Made by a program: the position numbers and the translations under genes. Positions 54,490 through 63,209 of a stretch of DNA of 64,000 nt are shown here, piece by piece. Location: contig CAXXGO010000006.1 in assembly GCA_963666835.2 (NCBI GenBank), positions 512,001 to 576,000 of the forward strand. Reading direction: 5' to 3'. The stretch's first letter is position 1; each line of letters starts with the position of its first letter. This DNA is from Phycisphaerae bacterium. GTDB taxonomy: Bacteria > Planctomycetota > Phycisphaerae > UBA1845. The notes under the pieces were generated by a model. The model saw only the letters and a program-made list of their open reading frames with translations, did not search any database and was not told the DNA's origin.

Positions 54490-54928
54490 AAAACCCGGGA
54501 CAGTCACCTATTTACCGGGTCCTTTCGGCATGACCGTCGTATCTTCTCCGCTGGCGCGTGGCGTCCTAAGGCGGCCCACGGGTAGCGGGCGGAGCCGACG
54601 GTTCAGCTTATGTTCGAGCTTACTCGAAGAACGAGTCGGTGGCCAGCGGTCGTCCGCGGTGCGTGCATGTGCGCAGCTTGGCGGAGTCGTCCGGGTCGTC
54701 GGGCTCACGCAGGGTTTCCCGCCAACTCTCCGGCTTCCATTCCCTGGCCCAGGCGGTCAGATCGAGTTGGCCGCTGGGGTCCGGCTCGCCGACGTGGGCG
54801 GGCGCGCTTGACCACGAATATCGCCACGGCATGCGAGCCACCTTCGCCCGGACCGGGTTCCGCTCGCCGTACCGCAACGCCCGCCACAGGTGCAACTCGC
54901 AGATAAATAGGTGACTGTCCCCGGTTTT
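54490..54928 (-). mobile_element. 439-bp non-autonomous element, copy 1 (RAYT/Y1 transposase 3' fragment between ~25-bp inverted repeats); partial duplicate and stutter at 54374-54489
   Basis: Ends AAAACC(C/G)GGGACAGTCACCTATTTA and TAAATAGGTGACTGTCCCCGGTTTT; minus-strand translation RALRYGERNPVRA...WSSA...GRPL. Confidence 0.85.
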
Positions 54929-55375
54929 GTCCCTTCGTATCTCCCATGGAATCCGACGCCGATCCCTGGGCCAGGAGATTGGCTCCGGCTCTCCCGAAGC
55001 CGCTTTGTTCCGGGTGGAGATGACAGGATGTCCCACGTTCCTGGGGGACCCTCGTGTGTACATGCCCTGCTCTTAGACCCCGGTGGGATCGGATACGCCC
55101 AACCGATCAAGGCGATCCGATGCTGCCTTCCGTACGGTGTGGACGACGTCGGCTCCCACGAATAGCCCTCTTTCGAGGCTCAATCACACGGCCTGCACAC
55201 TCGCGGTCTACGCTTCGCAGTGCAGGTTACCCGTACACCACGCAAGACTCCCTTCCGGCTGTCGGTCTACTTTGCCGGGCAGGATTGAGTACCCGCCGGG
55301 TCCCGGCGAAAGGTTTCATGCTGTCATCAAGGATCCATGTCGCAATCCTCCTACCCCAGGCTTTCCGTGGCGCAC
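54929..55375 (-). mobile_element. 5' fragment of a second group II intron (domain I to about II/III; no ORF or domain V)
   Basis: Minus strand starts GTGCGCCACGGAAAGCC; motifs parallel intron 1 (TGAGCC..GAAA, GCCGACG-loop-GGAAGGC, GGAAC...GGGA); cut off by element copy 1. Confidence 0.8.
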
Positions 55376-55905
55376 CCGCATTCCGGGCATACGCCCGATA
55401 CGTTTCCGGTAAGATCATATCCGCAGCCAGCGCAGAGGCCACGTTTGCGCCGATGGCGACGGCGAAGTGGGCCGCGGATGAACGTGACGGCCGGGTAGGC
55501 CGCCAGAAGACACGCAATAACCCAAAGGCACCTGGGCGATACATAAGCGGACAGACCCCATTCACAAGACGGACCCTTTGGGTAGGTGACGTTGAGACCA
55601 ATCACTCGCTCAAAACGCGATCCCTCGCCGAGACCTTCAGATGCCATCCTCGGAGGATAAGCACAGTACGAAAGTGCGTCGTACTGGCATACAGTAACAT
55701 CGAAGTACACCACACCGTTTTCCAAGAGGGAGGCGTCGCACCACCACGGAATGGTTGTCCATCCCTCCACGCTAAACCACGACCCATAGTACCGCCCCAA
55801 CGATCCATAAGACAGACACACTCCGACAAATGCCGTCGACACCGCCCCCAACGTCAACCCAACAATAATGGCAGCGCGCAGCATGCTGAGAATCTCGCGA
55901 ATCAT
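55351..55905 (-). CDS. Membrane protein with C-terminal zinc ribbon (CAGCGYDLTGNVSGVCPECG); last codons supplied by the intron
   Basis: AAGGAG RBS; two hydrophobic segments; basic run followed by CxxC...CxxC. Confidence 0.8.
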   Translation of the reverse strand: MIREILSMLRAAIIVGLTLGAVSTAFVGVCLSYGSLGRYYGSWFSVEGWTTIPWWCDASLLENGVVYFDVTVCQYDALSYCAYPPRMASEGLGEGSRFERVIGLNVTYPKGPSCEWGLSAYVSPRCLWVIACLLAAYPAVTFIRGPLRRRHRRKRGLCAGCGYDLTGNVSGVCPECGCATESLG

Positions 55906-55973
55906 GGCGTGATCTCCTTGCCACGTTGCGGACAGGCACCAGTAATGGCCACCCCCGTGAAGTCGTACTGGGC

Positions 55974-56412
55974 AAAACCGGGGACAGTCACCTATTTACC
56001 GGGTCCTTTCGGCATGGCCGTCGTGTCTTCTCCGCTGGCGCGTGGCGTCCTAAGGCGGCCCGCGGGTAGCGGGCGGAGCCGACGGTTCAGCTCATGTTCG
56101 AGCTTACTCCAAGAACGAGTCGGTGGCCAGCGGTCGTCCGCGGTGCGTGCATGTGCGCAGCTTGGCGGAGTCGTCCGGGTCGTCGGGCTCACGCAGGGTT
56201 TCCCGCCAACTCTCCGGCTTCCATTCCCTGGCCCAGGCGGTCAGATCGAGTTGGCCGCTGGGGTCCGGCTCGCCGACGTGGGCGGGCGCGCTCGACCACG
56301 AATATCGCCACGGCACGCGAACGACCTTCGCCCGGACCGGGTTCCGCTCGACGTACCGCAACGCCCGCCACAGGTGCAACTCGCAGATAAATAGGTGACT
56401 GTCCCCGGTTTT
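55974..56412 (-). mobile_element. 439-bp element, copy 2; right terminal repeat reiterated to 56487
   Basis: Near-identical to copies 1 and 3; translation LRYVERNPVRAKVVRVPWRYSWSSA. Confidence 0.85.
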
Positions 56413-57042
56413 TCGCCAATAGGTGACTGTCCCCGGTTTTTCGCCGGTTTTTCCGGTTTTCCCGAATAGGTGATTGTCCCCGGTTTTCCCTCAATCCAGT
56501 AACGCGCGCAATCCGCCCTCCAACGCAGGGAACGACGGTGCGTCCTGCCTGCGGAGTGGGACCCTATCGGTCGGCGCCTACACCACCGGAGGGCGGGCGG
56601 AACGGACCAGGCGACGGACGATCGAGTGGGCCGCAGACGGCCCTGTAAGGCAGTCCCCAAAGACCCGGAGTATCCGGCTGAAGGCAGGCACGGCTAGGCC
56701 GGGGGATACAATCCCCGCGCCTGTTCTTGCGACGGTCTTCTTGAGGCCGCAATAAGGGATCCCTACGCGACCGGTTGCGTGGCAATCCCGAGTCATGCGG
56801 GTACCTCCCTCGCTCGGACAGAGCGGAGCGGGCCTCGCCCTCGCGCCGCATCCATCAAGAGGCATAAGCCCGCGGGATCGCCAGTTTTACCCCGACATGG
56901 AATGCCGCTCAGTGCATTCAGCAGGGCCGGGACCGGTGGTTATCTGGGTCGACGGGAGAGGTCCCCGACAGTACGATGATAAACTGGTGAACATCGTCTT
57001 TGTTCAAGGCTCCCGACATATGCGATCCACAGGAATTAGCCC

Positions 57043-58281
57043 ATGGCCACCATCCTCATCCTCGAAGACGAAACCGGCTGGAATGACGTGGTCACCGCAG
57101 CGATCAGGAATGGCAGCCTGCCGGATTGTTCGGTTCACATCGCACAGACGTACGGACAGGCAGCTAGCCTAATTGAACAACACGGATTCGACATCGCGCT
57201 ATTGGACTACGCACTTCAGCGTTCGAGCCCCGAGAGTGACGGGGCGGGTCTCGACGTGGCGCGCAAGCTTCGGTCTGTATCGCCTGTTGCACTCGTACTC
57301 CTGGTATCCAAGGTCGCCCCTGACAACCTACGTGCGGAGTGTGAGCGACTGGGCGTAACTCTGATCGAGAAGGGGCGACGGGATCTTGTGGATGAGCTCC
57401 TGCGACAGATCCGCAATCGATTACAGCTGGACCAGAAGACCCTGAACAGCCAATGGCTACCGGAGGAGGATACGAACCTGCCGGGAGCATTCGCCGACAT
57501 AGTCTCCAAGAAGGTGATGGCAGAATACTCAGTGTTGCGCAAGGAGCTGCAGGAGCTGCGACTCGCACACGCAGTGTTGGGCGTTCAGCATGACGTCAAG
57601 AGTGTCCTGTGGCTCCCTCGATTTTTCGAGGGTGTCGAAGGCATGCGTGACTCCATCTCCGCTCAGCTCGAACGCCTGCGTACCATGTTCGATCGGTCTT
57701 GTACCGCTGCTAGGGTGGTAAGTAATTCGTACGTGTTCTCGCGCAGAGCGACGTGTGATGTGGCGGGCGTGCTGCGCGAGTTCTTCCCTCCGCAGGCACC
57801 TGGCGAGGTCCAGTACTTATCTCCGCTCATGGAGTGTCGCGCAAACGTGCTCTTAAGAACTGCCGGCATTTCTGATGAGCCCTTGGAAGTACAATGCGAT
57901 AAGAAGCTGATCGAGTTGGCGATTCTGGTTCTTCCCGTCCTGGTTTACCATCTCACGGATATCCGCCTAACTGACGATCACCGGCCCATTGAAGCCATCA
58001 TATCATGCGCAGGGACGCGGACTCGTCGCATGCAGATGACCATAGTCGTGGCGGCCTCAACAACCAGTCTGTCAAACAAGAGCAAGGAGTGCGATTTGGC
58101 CTCGCACTACGTTCACTATACGAATCTGCTGTGTGGCCCCGTTATTCCTTGGGAGGCGTTCGTAAAGGCCTTCAAATACTACGGAGCAGCAGTCTCGTTC
58201 AAGCGGCTAGACAGAGCCACATATATCGAAATCGAACTAGAGGCCGCGTCGGGAAAGGAGAAGTCAGGTGCTCCACTTTAG
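57043..58281 (+). CDS. Receiver domain fused to a degenerate histidine-kinase-like region
   Basis: ILILEDE, IALLDY, GLDVARKLR, IEKG; later HDVKS (H-box-like) without clear G-boxes; atypical codon usage. Confidence 0.7.
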   Translation: MATILILEDETGWNDVVTAAIRNGSLPDCSVHIAQTYGQAASLIEQHGFDIALLDYALQRSSPESDGAGLDVARKLRSVSPVALVLLVSKVAPDNLRAECERLGVTLIEKGRRDLVDELLRQIRNRLQLDQKTLNSQWLPEEDTNLPGAFADIVSKKVMAEYSVLRKELQELRLAHAVLGVQHDVKSVLWLPRFFEGVEGMRDSISAQLERLRTMFDRSCTAARVVSNSYVFSRRATCDVAGVLREFFPPQAPGEVQYLSPLMECRANVLLRTAGISDEPLEVQCDKKLIELAILVLPVLVYHLTDIRLTDDHRPIEAIISCAGTRTRRMQMTIVVAASTTSLSNKSKECDLASHYVHYTNLLCGPVIPWEAFVKAFKYYGAAVSFKRLDRATYIEIELEAASGKEKSGAPL

Positions 58282-58578
58282 TGCGGAAGCGAGCCATTCT
58301 GCGAGATCCGTACCCCTGCCGGCGTCAGCCTGTCTCGTGGAGGACATTCCAGGTGGTAGTCTCAAGGTTAGCCGGGGTATCCTGTGGTTTGCCACTAGCG
58401 ATAGCTCGAGGGAGATGGTCGCGAGTCCTTCGACGCCCTGAAGCCACGACGGACGATTATGTCAGGTTTCGACGAGCACCTTATCATGAGCGTGATCTGG
58501 ATCTCCCGGATCTCTAGCACGCGAATGGTTCTGACGCTAAACTGGAGCATCAACGGGCACAGTTGAGGAGGCCAGGCG

Positions 58579-59970
58579 GTGGACGTCTTGCTAGGCGCAT
58601 GGGGATTAGGTGACTGGGCACACGCGCGCGGTGGTCCGCGGGGTAATCGCACTCCTGAGCGATCTCGAGTCAATCTGGGGATTCCTCCAATGTCCGCGCG
58701 GTACCCAGGCTGCGTAGAACTGTTCCCATTTCTCCTTTTTGATCATGTCTTCGTGGACAAGCGTTCCTATCAATCCTTGTTGGCTGATGCTGTCCTAGGC
58801 TTTCGAATCTCGAGCAGGAGTAAGGAGATCCTCCAGGAGTTTCACCGGGACGGCATCTTGGTGACTGTGGATTATCTAGATATCCTCTCCGGTGAAGTGG
58901 ACAGGATAGTTGAAGGTGCGGAGGCCGATTTGGACGCGGTTGACCTTGCGGAGTCGATCAGAGAGTCTCGCCGCCTTTGGAGCCAGTTCCTCACTAGCCC
59001 GGGTGGGAAGTTCCATCCCAGACGAGAAGCGGAACTGGACGGTACCCGTTTTGAACTGAGATTGCTGGGGATCCCGCTCGACAAAGCCGAGTTGCGGCGT
59101 AGATCAGCACACGATGTGTACGATGTGAACACGATGGTGGTTCTGTCTACAAAGCTGAGTGCGGCTGTATGTGATTGGCAGATGTATCGACCTTTCTATG
59201 ATCAGAAGATGGTGACTTCGTTCCGCGGGCCGTCATCAGGTACTCGTGCGAACGCCGACATCCTACACGAGAATTTGGACGTCTACTTACCGATGCCTGC
59301 GAGCGCCGAGCTTGAGTCCCTCTATCGAATTCGTGAAGAGAGCGTCTTGAGAGCTTTCCGAGACTACGCAGCGTTTCTCAGGCGTTCGGAAACGGAGTTC
59401 ACACCACAGGCTTTCATCGAATTACGCCGACGACTTCTCGAACTTGGCGAAGGTCCAATATCCCAGATAAGTGTGTTTTCAACTTCGGCTCCCAGCGCGT
59501 CTGTATTCTCCGAGGAGACAGTACGGATGATTGTCAGGGAGGAGGTGGAAAGGCGCCTACAGGAGCAGAGCCATGAGGCCACGCCTCTGCGCCAGCTGTT
59601 TCAGATCATTGGGAGCATACACATGGGCGATACGTACAAAGCGGTACAGGCTGGAACAATGGGCCCGCATACTGGGACGAGCAATGCCTCGTTACAGCAA
59701 ACGTGGATCCAACTACAGGAGCAGATCGACCTGGCGTCCTTGCCGGAGGAGCTCTCCCTGCTACGGACTGCGATGCGAAAGAGGGCCAGCGCGCCAGAGC
59801 ATGACGTTTCAACTGGTGAGATCGGCGCCGCCGAGCGAGCTGCAGAATCCGGCGATGGTGCAAAGGTATTAGAACACCTGCGAAGTGCTGGAAGGTGGGC
59901 TTTTGATTGTGCACGTGAGATTGGGGTGAGCGTAGCCTCCGAAGCACTTAAGAAGTCCCTGGGACTGTAG
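58579..59970 (+). CDS. Hypothetical protein with C-terminal MGDTY..QAG..GP segment and helical domain
   Basis: 463-codon ORF with atypical codon usage; start may be GTG 58579 (after GAGGAGG) or ATG 58690. Confidence 0.7.
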   Translation: MDVLLGAWGLGDWAHARGGPRGNRTPERSRVNLGIPPMSARYPGCVELFPFLLFDHVFVDKRSYQSLLADAVLGFRISSRSKEILQEFHRDGILVTVDYLDILSGEVDRIVEGAEADLDAVDLAESIRESRRLWSQFLTSPGGKFHPRREAELDGTRFELRLLGIPLDKAELRRRSAHDVYDVNTMVVLSTKLSAAVCDWQMYRPFYDQKMVTSFRGPSSGTRANADILHENLDVYLPMPASAELESLYRIREESVLRAFRDYAAFLRRSETEFTPQAFIELRRRLLELGEGPISQISVFSTSAPSASVFSEETVRMIVREEVERRLQEQSHEATPLRQLFQIIGSIHMGDTYKAVQAGTMGPHTGTSNASLQQTWIQLQEQIDLASLPEELSLLRTAMRKRASAPEHDVSTGEIGAAERAAESGDGAKVLEHLRSAGRWAFDCAREIGVSVASEALKKSLGL

Positions 59971-60243
59971 CGCAGGGACCGGCATTCGACAGATATGCTG
60001 TGGAAGGCTGCCTGCTTGCCAACGGATGTTACGTGTTCAATTCCGTGTGCAGGCGGATCAGCGCGCGGGCGCTGCTGCTCTTCTCGCACACATGGCATTC
60101 CTTTTTCACCGAGGTTTCTGGGAGGGCGGAACGACGCCTCGCCAAGCACGCACGTGCGCCTGTACGCGACGTAAGCGGAGTGGATTCCGTTCACGGGTCA
60201 AACACGCTACGAAAACCCGAGCCGAAGAGTTGGCAAAACCCGG

Positions 60244-60682
60244 AAAACCCGGGACAGTCACCTATTTACCGGGTCCTTTCTGCATGACCGTCGTATCTTC
60301 TCCGCTGGCGCGTGGCGTCCTAAGGCGGCCCACGGGTAGCGGGCGGAGCCGACAGTTCAGCTCATGTTCGAGCTTACTCCAAGAACGAGTCGGTGGCCAG
60401 CGGTCGTCCGCGGTGCGTGCATGTGCGCAGCTTGGCGGAGTCGTCCGGGTCGTCGGGCTCACGCAGGGTTTCCCGCCAACTCTCCGACTTCCATTCCCTG
60501 GCCCAGGCGGTCAGATCGAGTTGGCCGCTGGGGTCCGGCTCGCCCACGTGGGCGGGCGCGCTTGACCACGAATATCGCCACGGCACGCGAGCCACCTTCG
60601 CCCGGACCGGGTTCCGCTCGACGTACCGCAACGCCCGCCACAGGGGCAACTCGCAGATAAATAGGTGACTGTCCCCGGTTTT
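60244..60682 (-). mobile_element. 439-bp element, copy 3
   Basis: Same length, termini, orientation and frameshift as copies 1 and 2. Confidence 0.85.
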
Positions 60683-60684
60683 AA

Positions 60685-60867
60685 CTAAGCCACACGCGCA
60701 CTCTGGCTCCCGCCAATGCACTGCGGGGGGATATGCTCACTGGTTCCCTGCAACGCCCTGCTCGAGTTCATCAAACTCTCGCCAGTGTAGATACAGCGAT
60801 CGAGCTCGCGCGCTTGCTGAGGAATCTCCGGTATCAAAACGTCCGGCTGCCATTCCGATGTGTCCAT
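60685..60867 (-). pseudogene. Possible N-terminal stub of an HNH-type endonuclease
   Basis: CIYTG...SEHIPPQCIGG resembles the CIYCG...EHIIP..LGG start of HNH proteins; the ORF stops next to element copy 3. Confidence 0.35.
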
Positions 60868-61132
60868 ACTTCGTATTATGTGCAGATTGCCATTCATCTC
60901 AACATGCACACCGCGCGTCTTCGAATCTAGAGGGAAAGAGGTGGGCTTTTCGCGGGAGGTTCCATCGTACGACCGCGTCATTTCAGAATCGACGCCCATC
61001 CAGCCTCAGGATGCGCTCAGCCAGACCCACTTGTGCCGGCACCGCGCAGACGCGCCTGCCCACCTCTTCCGGGCAGGGGGGCACGGCAGAGGGACGAAAT
61101 GTGCGACAAAGACGCACATCGTTTAAAGATCG

Positions 61133-61163
61133 CGGCAGGTCTCGTTCCTCGACGCTGCCCTAC
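61133..61163. repeat. Single inverted REP B copy
   Basis: CGGCAGGTCTCGTTCCTCGACGCTGCCCTAC. Confidence 0.65.
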
Positions 61164-61425
61164 ATGGGCGTCGCCTTTTCTCCAACGTTACTCAGTCGCA
61201 GTCCGCAAGTGCATCCTCGTACCGGTGCGCGGAGCAACGGCGGCCTGGCGCGGGCGCGCACTGGCAATAATCCGGGCTCGGGGCTACAAATAGGCGGGCG
61301 TGCCGGGCGATCTTGACCAGTGTCGCGCCGCGAGGGTGGACAATGGTCAAGTTAGCAGGCTCGCGACGGTAACCGCCCCGGTGGACCGGGTCGGGCGAAA
61401 ACGCTGACTGTGGAGCAGAAGGGCC

Positions 61426-63039
61426 GTGGCCAACTTGTGCATCACCCTCACGGACGGGCGGATGATTCGCCACACGCTCGGCGGCGGGGTCGAGGTTATC
61501 GGGCGGGACCCCACCTGCGAGATTCCGGTGGATGACCCCAGCACGTCGCGCCGGCACGCTCGGTTCACCCCGGCCGCGGGCGGGTATGTCGTGGACGATC
61601 TCGGCAGTAAGAACGGCACGCTCGTCAACGACACGCCCAGCAAATCGCAAATGCTGCGCGACGGAGACGAGATTCTGATCGGCTCGGTACTCGTGGTCTA
61701 CTCCGATTCGCAGCCCGATCCGGCCAGCTCGATCGTGATTTCCAGGGAAAGCGTCAGCCCGGCCACCCGCTACATCACCCGCGACCAGAAACTGAACCTG
61801 CCGCAGCAGCGGCTGGAGATGATCTACGAACTGAGCGAGAGGCTCACCACGCTGCAAGACCGCGAGTCGTTGCTCGATAACGCGATGGACATCTGCTTCG
61901 AGACGCTCCGCTTCGAACGCGGGGCGATCGGAGTGCGGCGGCGGGACGGGCGAATGCTCGACTGGCCCGTTGTTCGCAACCTCCGCGGCAGCGAGGGTGA
62001 GCTGACCATCAGCCATACGCTCCTAAACCGGGCCCTCCAACACGGAGAGCGCGCGATCCTCGCCGATACCGGCGCGGGCAACACCGACCCGACCGTAAGC
62101 ATGGTGCAGCACGGGATCCGCTCGGCCATGTGCGTACCGCTTCACCACCGCAGCGATACGATCGGAGTGATCTACGGCGACCGGATCAGTACGTCCACTA
62201 CGTACTCGACCGAAGACATAGACTTCCTCGCCGGCATTGCTCAGCAGGTAAGCGTTGGACTAATCAACTGCCGACTGCTCGATGAACAACGCGAGACCGC
62301 CCGGCTCCAGCGCGATATCGACCTGGCCCGCACAATCCAGAAAGGGCTGCTCCCGGCATCTCTGCCCCGAACGAATAACCTGCGAATCGCCGCCCTCAAC
62401 GAACCCGGGTTACGCGTCAGCGGCGACTATTACGACGTAATCGAACTCGACGACGGCCGCGTGTGGTGCCTGGTGGCGGACGTTACGGGAGAAGGCCCGG
62501 CCGCGGCGTTGCTCATGGCGAACTTGCAGGCGGCGGTCCGCGTGACGGCCACCGATACGGATGACCCCGCCGAGCTGCTATCACGGTGGAACCACTTGGT
62601 ATATCGCAACACCGATTCGTCCAAGTTCATCACGTGCGTGCTTGCCTTGGTCGAGCCGGATTCGCGCAGAATCAACTTCGCGGCCGCGGGGCACTGCCCG
62701 CCGCTGCTGGTCCGCAGCAAGGACGGCGCGCAAGTCGAGGAGGTCGATACCGAAGCGACTTTCCCGCTGGGCATCGTGGACGACGCGCATTACACAACGA
62801 CTTCGCTGGAGATCGGTCCGGACCCGGCTCTGTTCTTCTGCTATACAGACGGCGTGGTTGAGGCGCTCGAGCCGCAGGGGGGAACGTACGGGTTGGAGCG
62901 CCTGGTCGAGGTTCTCGGCAGCCGGTCTGATCTCAGCGCCGACGGGCTCGTCAAACAGGTCCGTAAGAGCGTCGCCGGGTTCGCCGGAAGCGCCCCGCAG
63001 AGCGATGACATCACCATCTTAGCCGCCCGGATCGGCTGA
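61426..63039 (+). CDS. FHA-GAF-SpoIIE (PP2C) protein phosphatase
   Basis: IGR...SRRHA...SKNGT (FHA); SAMCVPL (GAF); SGDYYD, ADVTG, YTDG, DDIT (SpoIIE). Confidence 0.93.
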   Translation: MANLCITLTDGRMIRHTLGGGVEVIGRDPTCEIPVDDPSTSRRHARFTPAAGGYVVDDLGSKNGTLVNDTPSKSQMLRDGDEILIGSVLVVYSDSQPDPASSIVISRESVSPATRYITRDQKLNLPQQRLEMIYELSERLTTLQDRESLLDNAMDICFETLRFERGAIGVRRRDGRMLDWPVVRNLRGSEGELTISHTLLNRALQHGERAILADTGAGNTDPTVSMVQHGIRSAMCVPLHHRSDTIGVIYGDRISTSTTYSTEDIDFLAGIAQQVSVGLINCRLLDEQRETARLQRDIDLARTIQKGLLPASLPRTNNLRIAALNEPGLRVSGDYYDVIELDDGRVWCLVADVTGEGPAAALLMANLQAAVRVTATDTDDPAELLSRWNHLVYRNTDSSKFITCVLALVEPDSRRINFAAAGHCPPLLVRSKDGAQVEEVDTEATFPLGIVDDAHYTTTSLEIGPDPALFFCYTDGVVEALEPQGGTYGLERLVEVLGSRSDLSADGLVKQVRKSVAGFAGSAPQSDDITILAARIG

Positions 63040-63209
63040 TAGACCCCGTTCCCAGTACTGAAAACGCCGTCCCGCGGCTCCTCGCACGCCGGGCTAATCA
63101 TTGTAGTCGCGTCATCGGTCTCCGTGCCAAAGACCCGACGAATCTCAGCCGATAACTCTGGCGGTGTCTACAACGCCAGGTCAAGTGCCATTGAATGAGG
63201 GCAGGTTTG

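Noticed and set aside
55054..56394. 446-aa plus-strand ORF
   Set aside because: Runs antisense across the intron stub, zinc-ribbon gene and element copy 2; composition is not protein-like.
58268..58578. Small gene between the two cargo genes
   Set aside because: Only short ORFs in several frames with no motif; cannot be supported.
54490..60682. Intact IS or classical composite transposon
   Set aside because: The transposase fragment lacks its N-terminal HUH half and is frameshifted; no target-site duplications.
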